Assembly: GCA_963747745.1 (NCBI GenBank)
Contig: CAVVGJ010000022.1
Coordinates: forward strand, 362,641-386,640
Direction: 5' to 3'
Source: an uncultured Acidimicrobiaceae bacterium
Lineage (GTDB): Bacteria; Actinomycetota; Acidimicrobiia; Acidimicrobiales; Salinilacustritrichaceae
Length of the DNA: 24,000 bases
Below the pieces are notes generated by a model. The model ran no database searches, had not been told where the DNA came from, and was given only the letters and a program-made list of their open reading frames with translations. This document shows, piece by piece, positions 1 through 8,239 of the stretch (the stretch's first letter is position 1; each line of letters begins with the position of its first letter). The translations under genes and the position numbers were made by a program.

Positions 1-119
1 GCCAGATCGATCCCGAGGCCATCCTCGCCGTCGTCCGGGCCGCCAACGCCCCGGTCATCTGCGAGACGGCCGAGGAGGGCCGCAAGGACGACCTCGCCTT
101 CCTCCGCACCCACCTGTGA
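1..119 (+). CDS. 3' end of an AP endonuclease family 2 / deoxyribonuclease IV-like protein (partial; start lies upstream of the window)
   Basis: Frame is open from the window edge (codons phased from nt 3) to TGA 117-119. The tail [38 protein letters not shown] resembles the C-terminal '..PvilET..' end of Nfo-type enzymes. Only 38 aa are visible, so the family call is tentative. Confidence 0.3.
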   Translation, partial: QIDPEAILAVVRAANAPVICETAEEGRKDDLAFLRTHL

Positions 120-123
120 CATC

Positions 124-154
124 GGGGCTTCCTCCGTTCGGTCCGGGGAGCCCC
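124..154. terminator. Possible hairpin between convergent genes
   Basis: GGGGCTTCC (124-132) can pair with GGGAGCCCC (146-154): 9 bp including one G-U on the + strand RNA, with a 13-nt loop. It lies 5 nt after the + strand stop and about 60 nt past the stop of the convergent ABC gene. No U-tract follows. Confidence 0.25.
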
Positions 155-213
155 CACGTTGCACGGAGCCGCGCCAACCCCGCCTGCTGCTCCGCCTGGC
201 GGCTCCGCAGTGT

Positions 214-2082
214 TCAGTTGGTGGGCGCCGGTTCGCCGCGGACGAGGGTGCGGTACAGGTCGGCATAGAGGCCGCCGGCCGCGAGGAGCTCGGCGTGCCG
301 GCCCGTCTCCACCACGCGGCCGGCATCGAGCACCAGGATCTGGTCGGCGGCGGTGATGGTCGAGAGCCGGTGGGCGATGACCAGCGCGGTGCGGCCCACG
401 AGCGCTTCGGCCAGGGCGTCCTGGATGGCGGCTTCGTTCTCGCTGTCGAGGCTCGACGTGGCCTCGTCGAGGATGACCATCGAAGGGTCCTTGAGCAGCA
501 TGCGGGCGATCGAGAGCCGTTGCTTCTCGCCTCCCGAGAGCCGGTAGCCGCGGTCGCCCACCACGGTGTCGTAGGCCTCGGGCAGCGCGGCGATCACGTG
601 GTGGATCCGGGCGGCCGCGCACACCCGTTGCAGGTCGGCGAGGGTGGCGTCGGGGTCGGCGTAGCGCAGGTTGCCGGCGATGGTGTCGTGGAAGAGGTGC
701 GGATCCTGCGAGACCACGCCGATGGCGCGCCGCAGCGTCTCCTGGGTGAGGTCGCGGACATCGTGGCCGTCGATGCGCACCGCGCCGGAGTCGACGTCGT
801 AGAGGCGGGGGAGCAGCGAGGTGAGGGTGGTCTTGCCGGCGCCGGAGGGTCCGACCACGGCCACGAGGTTCCCGGGCTCGACGTGGGCGGTGATGCCCCG
901 CAGCACCGGGCCCGACGATCCGTCGTGGTCGGGGACCGCGCCGGCCAGTGACGGCAGCGACACCTGGTCGGCCGTCGGGTAGGTGAACCACACGTCCTCG
1001 AAGTCGATCTCGCCCCGGACGTCGACCAGGTCGATGGCGCCGGGACGGTCCTGGATGGCGTTGCGGATGTCGAGCACCTCGAAGACCCGCTCGAAGGAGA
1101 CGAACGCGGTCATCACGTCGATGCGGGCGTTCGTCAGGGCGGTGAGTGGTTGGTAGATGCGGGTCACGAGGGCGGCGAGGGCAACCAGCGTGCCGGTGGA
1201 CATGGAACCGTCGATGACGAGCAGACCGCCCCACCAGTAGACGGCGGCGATGCCGAGGGCGCCGACCAGGCTGAGGGCGGAGAAGAACACCCGGCTGAGC
1301 ACCGCGGACTTGACGCCGGCATCGCGCACACCGGCGGCGTCGTCGGAGAACAGGGCCGTCTCGTCGTCGTGACGGCCGAACAGCTTCACCAACATGGCGC
1401 CGGCCACGCCGAAGCGTTCGGTCATGGTGGAGTTCATCCGGGCGTTGCGTTCCATCTGCTCGCGGCTGATGTCCTGCAGGCGGGTGCCCACCCGCTTGGC
1501 CGGGATGAGGAACGCCGGGAGGAGGGCGATGGCGAACAGCGTGAGGCGCCACTCGAGCGCCACCATGGCGATCACCGTGGTGAGGAGCACGACGATGTTG
1601 GACACCACCGAACCGAGGGTGCCGGTGAGGGCTCGCTGGGCGCCGATGACATCGTTGTTCATGCGGGAGACGAGGGCGCCCGTCTGGGCCCGGGTGAAGA
1701 AGGCGACCGGCAGGCGCTGGACGTGGTCGAAGAGCCGGACCCGGAGGTCGTAGATCAGCCCTTCCCCGATCCGCGACGACAGCCATCGTTCGACGAGCGA
1801 GAGCAGCGAGTCGGCCAGCGCGGCCCCGACGGCGAGCAGGGCGAGGAACGTCAACTTCCCCCGGTCGCCGTTCTTCAGGGCGTCGTCGATGATGGCCTTG
1901 AACACCAGCGGCGGGACGATGCCGAGCAGGGCGGCGGTGATGATGGCGGCGAGGAAGCCGACCACCTGGTTTCGGTACGGGCGGGCGAAGCCCCAGACCC
2001 GACGGACGATGCCGCGCTGGAGCGACGCCCCCTCGATGTCCGAGGTGTCCCGCGGCATCATCGAGTGTGGTCCCATCCGCAT
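214..2082 (-). CDS. ABC transporter, fused permease/ATP-binding protein (MsbA-like exporter)
   Basis: Minus ORF 214..2466. The first 128 codons overlap the divergent TetR gene and are Arg/Ser-rich, so the start is placed at ATG 2080-2082 (MRMGPHSMMPRD...); ATG 2074-2076 is equally possible. A transmembrane exporter domain is followed by an NBD with Walker A GPSGAGKTT, signature LSGGEKQR, Walker B MVILDEATSSLD and H-loop IAHRLST. Confidence 0.9.
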   Translation of the reverse strand: MRMGPHSMMPRDTSDIEGASLQRGIVRRVWGFARPYRNQVVGFLAAIITAALLGIVPPLVFKAIIDDALKNGDRGKLTFLALLAVGAALADSLLSLVERWLSSRIGEGLIYDLRVRLFDHVQRLPVAFFTRAQTGALVSRMNNDVIGAQRALTGTLGSVVSNIVVLLTTVIAMVALEWRLTLFAIALLPAFLIPAKRVGTRLQDISREQMERNARMNSTMTERFGVAGAMLVKLFGRHDDETALFSDDAAGVRDAGVKSAVLSRVFFSALSLVGALGIAAVYWWGGLLVIDGSMSTGTLVALAALVTRIYQPLTALTNARIDVMTAFVSFERVFEVLDIRNAIQDRPGAIDLVDVRGEIDFEDVWFTYPTADQVSLPSLAGAVPDHDGSSGPVLRGITAHVEPGNLVAVVGPSGAGKTTLTSLLPRLYDVDSGAVRIDGHDVRDLTQETLRRAIGVVSQDPHLFHDTIAGNLRYADPDATLADLQRVCAAARIHHVIAALPEAYDTVVGDRGYRLSGGEKQRLSIARMLLKDPSMVILDEATSSLDSENEAAIQDALAEALVGRTALVIAHRLSTITAADQILVLDAGRVVETGRHAELLAAGGLYADLYRTLVRGEPAPTN

Positions 2083-2123
2083 GACTGGAAGGCTACGGGC
2101 GCGGTGTCGTGACGCCGACCTGA

Positions 2124-2198
2124 CTCTTGACCGGGCCTGCCTCTTGACCGGGCGAGCCAGCCGGTCTAGAACTGGACAGGTGTCCGAGACAGGTGTCC
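2124..2198. promoter_or_regulatory. Divergent control region: tandem 13-bp repeats carrying TTGACC, a candidate -10, and tandem GGACA..TGTCC operator-like 12-mers over the TetR start
   Basis: CTCTTGACCGGGC occurs twice (2124-2136, 2141-2153). TTGACC (2144-2149), then 17 bp, then TAGAAC (2167-2172), then 7 nt to GTG 2180. GGACAGGTGTCC (2174-2185) and AGACAGGTGTCC (2187-2198) are tandem copies, each with 5-bp inverted arms. Confidence 0.35.
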
Positions 2199-2767
2199 AG
2201 GAGATCACGCCCCGGCGGCACCTCAGCGACCGGCGAGCGAGGACGGTCGACCGTCTGGTCGAGGCCACCGTCGCCGAGCTCGCCGATGCCGGGTACCAGG
2301 GCCTCACCGTGCGGGGGGTCGCCAAGCGGTCGGGGGTCGCGGCCGCCACGGCGTACACGTACTTCGCGTCCAAGGACCACTTGGTGGCCGAGGTCTTCTG
2401 GCGCCGGATCAGCGGACACCCGAGGCGTCCGGTCGACCGGCGCCGCTCGCCCGCCAGCCGGGTCACCGACGTGTTGCTCGACTACGCCCTGGTCGTGGCG
2501 GACGAGACCGAGCTCGCCGCCGCCTGCACGGTCGCCCTGCTGGCCGACGAGCCCGAGGTGCACGAGCTGCGGGTCCGCATCGGCCGCAGCCTCCACGAGC
2601 GCCTGGTCGACGCCCTCGCCGGCGCGGCCGACCCGGCCGTCGTCCGCACGCTCGAGCTGCTGGTGTCCGGGGCGCTCATCCAGGTCGGCACCGGCCACCT
2701 CGCGTACGGCGATCTCCCCGACCTGCTCGCCGAGTCCGCCCACCTCGTCCTCGGAGGGGCGTCGTGA
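2180..2767 (+). CDS. TetR family transcriptional regulator (first gene of the P450 operon)
   Basis: Frame of ORF 1889..2767, with the start set at GTG 2180 because upstream codons overlap the divergent ABC gene. N-terminal HTH: RTVDRLVEATVAELADAGYQGLTVRGVAKRSGVAAATAYTYFASKDHLVAEVF. The stop overlaps the next start (GTGA 2764-2767). Confidence 0.85.
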   Translation: MSETGVQEITPRRHLSDRRARTVDRLVEATVAELADAGYQGLTVRGVAKRSGVAAATAYTYFASKDHLVAEVFWRRISGHPRRPVDRRRSPASRVTDVLLDYALVVADETELAAACTVALLADEPEVHELRVRIGRSLHERLVDALAGAADPAVVRTLELLVSGALIQVGTGHLAYGDLPDLLAESAHLVLGGAS

Positions 2768-3972
2768 CCACCGCCACCGACCTCGTCTACGACCCGTACG
2801 CCTACGAGATCCACGAGGACCCCTACCCCACCTACACCCGACTGCGTGACGAAGCGCCCGTCTACCGCAATGCCGAGCGCGACTTCTGGGCGCTGTCCCG
2901 CCACGCCGACGTCATGGCCGCGTTCCGGGACACCGAGCGGTTCTCCAATCGCCACGGGGTCTCGATCGATCCGGCGGCATCCGGGCCCCACGCCCACCGC
3001 ACCATGTCGTTCCTCGCCATGGACCCGCCACAGCACGGGCGTATGCGGGGGCTGGTCTCCCGGGGCTTCACCCCACGGCGGGTCGCGGGCATGGAGGAGG
3101 GCATCCGCGCCCTGACCGTCGCCCATCTGGACGAGTGCCTGGAACGGGACGGCGAGGGCGGCGGGTTCGACTTCGTGGCCGATCTCGCCGGCAAGGTGCC
3201 GATGGACGTGATCTCCGAGTTGCTCGGCGTGCCCGTTGCCGACCGCGCCCGGTTGCGCCGCCAGTCCGACCTGCTCATCCACCGCGACGAGGGCGTCACC
3301 GACGTGCCGGCCGCCGGCGTGGAGGCGGCCATGGAGCTGGTCGTGTACTACGCCGACCTCATCGCCGACCGGCGGGCGAACCCGGGCGAGGACCTGATCT
3401 CGGCGCTCTGCGATGCCGAGCTCGACGGCGATCGGCTCACCGACGACGAGATCACCGGTTTCCTGTTCCTGATGGTGGTGGCCGGCAACGAGACCACCAC
3501 CAAGCTGCTGGCCAACGCCTGGTACTGGGCCTGGCGCAACCCCGACGAGTGGGCCAAGGTGCGCGACGACCCGTCCCGGATCCCCGATTGGGTCGAGGAG
3601 ACCCTGCGCTACGACACGTCCACCCAGATGCTGGCCCGGCTGCTCACCACCGACACCGAGCTCCACGGTGTGACGATCCCCGCCGGCGACCGGGTCCTGC
3701 TCCTGGCCGGGTCAGCCAACCGGGACCCACGGGCCTTCCCGGATCCCGAGCGCTACGACCTCGATCGCGACACGTCCGGGCTGGCCAGCTTCGGCGTGGG
3801 GCGCCACTTCTGCATGGGCGCCTCGCTGGCCCGCCTCGAGACCAGGGTCGTGCTCGAGGAGCTGGTCCGGCGGGCCGACGGCTTCGAGATCGACACCGAC
3901 CGGGCCCGACGGATCCACTCGGTGAACGTCCGCGGCTTCGAGTCCCTGCCGACGACGGTGACGCGGCGCTGA
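2764..3972 (+). CDS. cyp123: Cytochrome P450, CYP123-like
   Basis: 402 aa. I-helix FLFLMVVAGNETTT, ExxR ETLRYD, heme loop FGVGRHFCMGASLA (Cys codon 3811-3813). The length and the position (TetR, P450, SDR, CYP51) match the M. tuberculosis Rv0767c-Rv0764c arrangement as I recall it. Confidence 0.9.
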   Translation: MTTATDLVYDPYAYEIHEDPYPTYTRLRDEAPVYRNAERDFWALSRHADVMAAFRDTERFSNRHGVSIDPAASGPHAHRTMSFLAMDPPQHGRMRGLVSRGFTPRRVAGMEEGIRALTVAHLDECLERDGEGGGFDFVADLAGKVPMDVISELLGVPVADRARLRRQSDLLIHRDEGVTDVPAAGVEAAMELVVYYADLIADRRANPGEDLISALCDAELDGDRLTDDEITGFLFLMVVAGNETTTKLLANAWYWAWRNPDEWAKVRDDPSRIPDWVEETLRYDTSTQMLARLLTTDTELHGVTIPAGDRVLLLAGSANRDPRAFPDPERYDLDRDTSGLASFGVGRHFCMGASLARLETRVVLEELVRRADGFEIDTDRARRIHSVNVRGFESLPTTVTRR

Positions 3973-4763
3973 TGCCCCGTTTCGCCCCCCACCCCGAGCG
4001 TCGTGTCGCGCTGGTCACCGGCGCGTCCTCCGGCATCGGTGCCGCCTCGGCCGCCCGGCTGGCGGCGGCCGGCATCCCGGTGGTGCTGGGCGCCCGCCGC
4101 GTCGATCGCCTCGACGACCTGGCCGGTGAGATCGTGGCCGCGGGCGGCGAGGCGAAGGCGGTGGCGCTCGATCTCGCCGACACCTCCTCCGTCGATGCCT
4201 TCGCCGCCGAGGCCGCGGCCGCCTTCGGGCCCATCGACATCGTGGTCAGCAACGCCGGCGAGGTCGACCCTGCCACCGCCCTCGCCGTGGAGCCCGACGA
4301 CTTCGTCCGCTCGGTGCAGGTGAATCTCCTCGGCGCCCACCGGCTGGTGCATCGTCTCGGGCGCGACATGGTGGCTCGGGGGCACGGCGACATCGTGTTC
4401 GTCAGCTCCGATGTCGTCTCGCGGCCCCGTACCCACATGGCGGCCTACGTCACGGCCAAGTCCGGCCTCGAAGGACTGGCCCGGGCCATGCAGATGGAGC
4501 TCGAGGGCACGGGCGTGCGGGTGGGCGTGGTGCGGCCCGGACCGTCCAGCACCGAACAGGGCACCACCTGGAGCGAGGACACCATCAACCACGTGCTGCC
4601 GCACTGGTCGGCCTGGGGCCACCTGCGCCACGACGGTGGCCTGCGCCCCCAGGAGATCGCCGACGTGGTGCTCGCCATGGTCTCGACCCCGAAGGGCACC
4701 CACCTGACCCTGATCGAGGTGCAACCCGAAGCACCGGTTCGCGACGACAGGAGCCACGAATGA
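3972..4763 (+). CDS. Short-chain dehydrogenase/reductase (SDR)
   Basis: ATG 3972 shares its A with the P450 stop (TGATG). Cofactor motif VALVTGASSGIGAA, NAG motif (VVSNAG), catalytic YxxxK (YVTAKSG). The upstream part of ORF 3135..4763 overlaps the P450 gene in another frame and is discounted. Confidence 0.9.
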   Translation: MPRFAPHPERRVALVTGASSGIGAASAARLAAAGIPVVLGARRVDRLDDLAGEIVAAGGEAKAVALDLADTSSVDAFAAEAAAAFGPIDIVVSNAGEVDPATALAVEPDDFVRSVQVNLLGAHRLVHRLGRDMVARGHGDIVFVSSDVVSRPRTHMAAYVTAKSGLEGLARAMQMELEGTGVRVGVVRPGPSSTEQGTTWSEDTINHVLPHWSAWGHLRHDGGLRPQEIADVVLAMVSTPKGTHLTLIEVQPEAPVRDDRSHE

Positions 4764-6439
4764 GCGACACCGTCACCCGTCCCGAACCACCCTGGGTGTC
4801 AGGGGATGCGCACTCCAACGGGCACCTCGAGGAGCTGCGCCGCGACCCCATCGGCCTCATGAACCGGGTGCGGGCCGAGTGCGGTGACGTGGGCCAGTTC
4901 CGCCTGGGCGACAGAGACGTCGTGCTCCTCACCGGTGCCGAGGCCAACGAGGTCTTCTTCCGGGCGTCGGACGACGACCTCGACCAGGCCGCGGCCTACC
5001 CCTTCATGACGCCCATCTTCGGGGAGGGCGTCGTCTTCGACGCCCCACCGGAGCGTCGCCGCGAGATGCTCCACAACCAGGCGCTGCGCGACTCGTTCAT
5101 GCGCGGCCACGCCGAGACCATCCACCGCGAGGTCGACGAGATGGTCGAGCGCTGGGAGGACGAGGGCGAGATCGACCTGCTCGACTGGTTCGCCGAGCTC
5201 ACCATCTACACGTCGTCGTCGTGCCTCATCGGCCGCCGCTTCCGGCTCGAGCTCGACCACCACTTCGCCGAGCTCTACCACGACCTCGAACAGGGCACCG
5301 ACGCCCTCGCCTACGTCGATCCCTACGCCGACATCCCGAGCTTCCGCGCCCGGGACGAGGCGCGGGTCGCCCTGGTCGATCTGGTGCAGGGGATCATGGA
5401 TCGCCGGTCCGAGACCGACCTGCCGGGCGACGACGAGCGGGACCTGCTCGACGTCCTCATGTCGATCCGCGACGACGCCGGCGATCCCCGCTTCGACGCC
5501 GACACCGTCACCGGCATGTTCATCTCGATGATGTTCGCCGGTCACCACACCACGTCCGGCACCGCGGCCTGGACGCTCATCGAGCTGCTCCGCCACCCCG
5601 ACGAGCTGGCCGCCGTGGTGGCGGAGCTCGACCAGCTCTACGCCGATGGCGTCGCCATCCGGGACGACCGGGTCAGCTACCAGGCCCTGCGCGAGATGCC
5701 CCGCCTCGAAGCGGCCATCAAGGAGGCCCTGCGCCTTCACCCACCGCTCATCCTGCTGCTCCGCGTGGCCAACGTCGACGTGGAGGTCGGCGGCCACCGG
5801 ATCCCCGCCGGCAAGATGGTGGCGGCCAGCCCGTCGGTCTCCAACCGGATCCCCGAGGCGTTCGCCGACCCCGACGAGTTCCGGCCCGGCCGCTACCTCG
5901 ACGATCCCGGGGCCGATGTCGCCAACCCGTGGAACTGGATCCCCTTCGGCGCCGGCCGCCATCGCTGCGTGGGCGCCGCCTTCGCCATGATGCAGCTCAA
6001 GGCCATCTTCTCGGTGCTGTTGAAGGACTGGACCTTCGCGGCCGCGCAACCCCTCGACAGCTACCGCAACGACCACTCGAAGATGGTCGTCCAGCTCGCC
6101 CAACCCTGCGCCGTCACCTACCGCCGCCGCACCCCCCACGCTCGTTCTGGTGGGCCCTCGCGCCGCTCAGATGGCGCGATGACCGACCAGAACGGGGTGG
6201 ACGGGGACGGGTTGGACGGGGGACGGGTGCACGGGTGGCGCATCGTGGTCGACCGGGACCTGTGCCAGGGCCACGCCGTGTGCCAGAGCGAGGCGCCCGA
6301 GGTCTTCCAGGTCTCCAAGTCCGGTGAGCTGACCGTCCTCGACGAGCGGCCGCCCGACGCCGCTCGTGCCGCCGCCGAGGCCGCGGTGCGCTTCTGCCCC
6401 ACCCACGCCCTCTCCATCCACGAAGGAGCAGACCGATGA
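4760..6439 (+). CDS. cyp51: CYP51 (sterol 14-alpha-demethylase family P450) fused in frame to a C-terminal 3Fe-4S-type ferredoxin domain
   Basis: ATGA overlap with the SDR stop; GGAG lies upstream. Very close to mycobacterial CYP51 as I recall it: HLEELRRDPIGLM, AYPFMTPIFGEGVVFDA, FAELTIYTSSSCLIG, MFISMMFAGHHTTSGTAAWTLIEL, heme loop FGAGRHRCVGAAFA (Cys 5966-5968), YRNDHSKMVVQLAQP. There is no stop after YRRRT. A linker of about 35 aa leads into WRIVVDRDLCQGHAVCQSE...FCPTHAL, a CxxHxxC...CP motif (Cys codons 6263, 6281, 6395). Confidence 0.9.
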   Translation: MSDTVTRPEPPWVSGDAHSNGHLEELRRDPIGLMNRVRAECGDVGQFRLGDRDVVLLTGAEANEVFFRASDDDLDQAAAYPFMTPIFGEGVVFDAPPERRREMLHNQALRDSFMRGHAETIHREVDEMVERWEDEGEIDLLDWFAELTIYTSSSCLIGRRFRLELDHHFAELYHDLEQGTDALAYVDPYADIPSFRARDEARVALVDLVQGIMDRRSETDLPGDDERDLLDVLMSIRDDAGDPRFDADTVTGMFISMMFAGHHTTSGTAAWTLIELLRHPDELAAVVAELDQLYADGVAIRDDRVSYQALREMPRLEAAIKEALRLHPPLILLLRVANVDVEVGGHRIPAGKMVAASPSVSNRIPEAFADPDEFRPGRYLDDPGADVANPWNWIPFGAGRHRCVGAAFAMMQLKAIFSVLLKDWTFAAAQPLDSYRNDHSKMVVQLAQPCAVTYRRRTPHARSGGPSRRSDGAMTDQNGVDGDGLDGGRVHGWRIVVDRDLCQGHAVCQSEAPEVFQVSKSGELTVLDERPPDAARAAAEAAVRFCPTHALSIHEGADR

Positions 6440-6999
6440 CCGCCTATCCCCGTGCCGAGCTCGACGAGATGGTCGAACGCTGGCTCCAGGCCAACCGAGA
6501 CGCCGAGGCGGACGGTGACTGGCGCCCGATGGCCGACCTCTACACGCCCGACGCCACCTACGGCTGGAACTTCGGGCCCAAGGAGCAATTCATGGCCGTC
6601 GGCCGGGACGAGATCCGCGACATCGCCCTCGGCCTCGAGATGGGGGGATTGGACGGCTGGCAGTACCCCTACGAGGAGATCCTCGTCGACGAGGTGAAGG
6701 GCCAGGTGGTGGGGTTCTGGCGCCAGATCGCCGACGCCACCCGAGCCGACGGTTCGCACTACGAGGTGGCCGGGATCGGCGGGAGCTGGTTCCGCTACGG
6801 CGGGGCCTTCCAGTGGTCGTGGCAGCGCGACTGGTTCGACTACGGCAACGCGGCCGCCACCTTCCTCGAGATGATGACCGACGGGACCCTGTCCGAGGGG
6901 ATGACCGCCCGCATGCAGCGATCGTTGCAGCCCGGACAGCTCCCCGGGCACTACCCGCTCGCCGAGTCGCCGGCCGGGTTGTGGGACCGCCCGGCATGA
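6436..6999 (+). CDS. NTF2/SnoaL-like fold protein of unknown function (position equivalent to Rv0762c)
   Basis: ATGA overlap with the cyp51-fdx stop; GAAGGAG at 6422-6428. 187 aa. ELDEMVERWLQANRDAEADGDWRPMADLYTPDATY is typical of the NTF2-like superfamily N-terminus. The fold call is from pattern only. Confidence 0.6.
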   Translation: MTAYPRAELDEMVERWLQANRDAEADGDWRPMADLYTPDATYGWNFGPKEQFMAVGRDEIRDIALGLEMGGLDGWQYPYEEILVDEVKGQVVGFWRQIADATRADGSHYEVAGIGGSWFRYGGAFQWSWQRDWFDYGNAAATFLEMMTDGTLSEGMTARMQRSLQPGQLPGHYPLAESPAGLWDRPA

Positions 7000-7868
7000 G
7001 CGCTCCCGCCCGGCTCGGCTTCATCGGCCTGGGCCAGATCGGCGCCCCGATGGCACGCCAGTGGCTCGACTGGCCCGGCGGGCTCACCGTGTTCGACGTC
7101 GTGGCCGACGCCACCGCACCGTTCGCCGAGGCCGGCGCCTCGGTGGCGGCCTCGCCCGCCGCCCTGGCCGAGGTGGCCGACGTGATCTCGCTCATGGTCC
7201 GCGACGACCACCAGGTCATCGAGGTGCTCGACGGCGACGCCGGCATCCTCACCACCGCTCGCCCCGGGACCGTGGTCATCGTCCACTCCACCATCGAGGC
7301 CGACACGCCCGCGCACCTGGTGAGCCGGGCCGAACCACGCGGCGTCCACATCCTCGACGCCCCCGTGAGCGGCGGTTTCATGGGCGCCCACGAGGGCACG
7401 CTGGCGCTGATGGTCGGCGGGAGCGACGAGGCGGTCGCCATCGCCCGTCCCGCCCTCGAGAGACTGGGGACGTTGGTGGCCCATCTGGGCGACGTCGGCG
7501 CCGGCACCCGGGCGAAGCTGGCCCGCAACCTCATCACCTTCGCCAGCTACGCCGCGGTGGGCGAGGCGCTGGCACTGGCCACCGCCGCCGGCGTCGATCT
7601 GGCCCAGCTCGGCGAGGTGGTCCGCCACTCCGACCGGGTCACGGGCGGGCCGGGCGCGGTCATGGTGCGCAACACGAACGTGCCGCTCGAACCCGCCGAC
7701 GGCCTCCACGACATCTTCGTGCACACCCGCGAGCTGGGCGAGAAGGACCTGGAGCTGGCCATCGGGCTGGGCGAGGAGCTCGGCGTCGATCTCCCGGTGG
7801 CCCGGCTGGCCCACGCCATGCTGGCCCGGGCGCTCGGCGTCCCCCACGACCACGAGGAGCGACCATGA
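6996..7868 (+). CDS. NAD(P)-dependent beta-hydroxyacid (3-hydroxyisobutyrate) dehydrogenase family oxidoreductase
   Basis: ATG 6996 (ATGA overlap with the preceding stop). Rossmann motif LGFIGLGQIGAPMA, then DAPVSGG and the typical C-terminal all-helical domain (GAGTRAKLARNLITF). The upstream part of ORF 6813..7868 overlaps the preceding gene. Confidence 0.85.
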   Translation: MSAPARLGFIGLGQIGAPMARQWLDWPGGLTVFDVVADATAPFAEAGASVAASPAALAEVADVISLMVRDDHQVIEVLDGDAGILTTARPGTVVIVHSTIEADTPAHLVSRAEPRGVHILDAPVSGGFMGAHEGTLALMVGGSDEAVAIARPALERLGTLVAHLGDVGAGTRAKLARNLITFASYAAVGEALALATAAGVDLAQLGEVVRHSDRVTGGPGAVMVRNTNVPLEPADGLHDIFVHTRELGEKDLELAIGLGEELGVDLPVARLAHAMLARALGVPHDHEERP

Positions 7869-8239
7869 CCGACGACGATCGCCGCGCACGCGGCAAGGCC
7901 CTGATGAAGCGGGTCTACGGGTGGGACATCGACCAGGTGGAAGGGTCCTTCGTGGAGTACACGGTCGACCACCTCTTCGGGGACGTCTGGGCCGAGGGGA
8001 AGCTCTCGATCCGCGACCGCCGCCTCGTGCTCATCGGCCTCGCCGCCGGGAGCGGGCTCGAGGATGTGGCCGGCCTCCAGCTCGACGCCGCCCTCCGGCT
8101 GGGCGAGCTCGACCCTGACGACCTGCGCACCCTCGTGGTCTTCCTCGCCCACTACGCCGGCTGGCCCCGCGCCGCGCGGCTCAACCGCGAGGTGGAGAAG
8201 ATCGTCGCCGAACACCAGAAGCGAACCGCCGACTCGTGA
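7865..8239 (+). CDS. Carboxymuconolactone decarboxylase (CMD/AhpD-like) family protein
   Basis: ATG 7865 (ATGA overlap). 124 aa. LSIRDRRLVLIGLAAGSG...LDAALRLGELDPDDLRTLVVFLAHYAGWPRA fits the CMD helical repeat. Confidence 0.8.
   Translation: MTDDDRRARGKALMKRVYGWDIDQVEGSFVEYTVDHLFGDVWAEGKLSIRDRRLVLIGLAAGSGLEDVAGLQLDAALRLGELDPDDLRTLVVFLAHYAGWPRAARLNREVEKIVAEHQKRTADS

Noticed and set aside
2083-2466. N-terminal extensions offered by the ORF track. Examples: the ABC gene to 2466, TetR from 1889, SDR from 3135, HIBADH from 6813, CMD from 7061, kdpA from 11954, kdpB from 12994, kdpE from 18584, the DUF4118 gene to 11860, and the hydrolase to 22494.
   Set aside because: Each extended part overlaps the neighbouring, well-supported gene in another frame and translates to Arg/Pro-rich sequence. 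Internal starts that overlap the upstream stop codon (ATGA/GTGA/TGATG) or follow an SD sequence give proteins of canonical length.
6179-6439. Stand-alone ferredoxin gene starting at the in-frame ATG 6179 instead of a CYP51 fusion
   Set aside because: No stop codon separates CYP51 from the ferredoxin domain, so read-through translation must yield the fusion. I saw no convincing SD sequence before 6179. It is kept only as a possible additional internal initiation site in the fusion finding.
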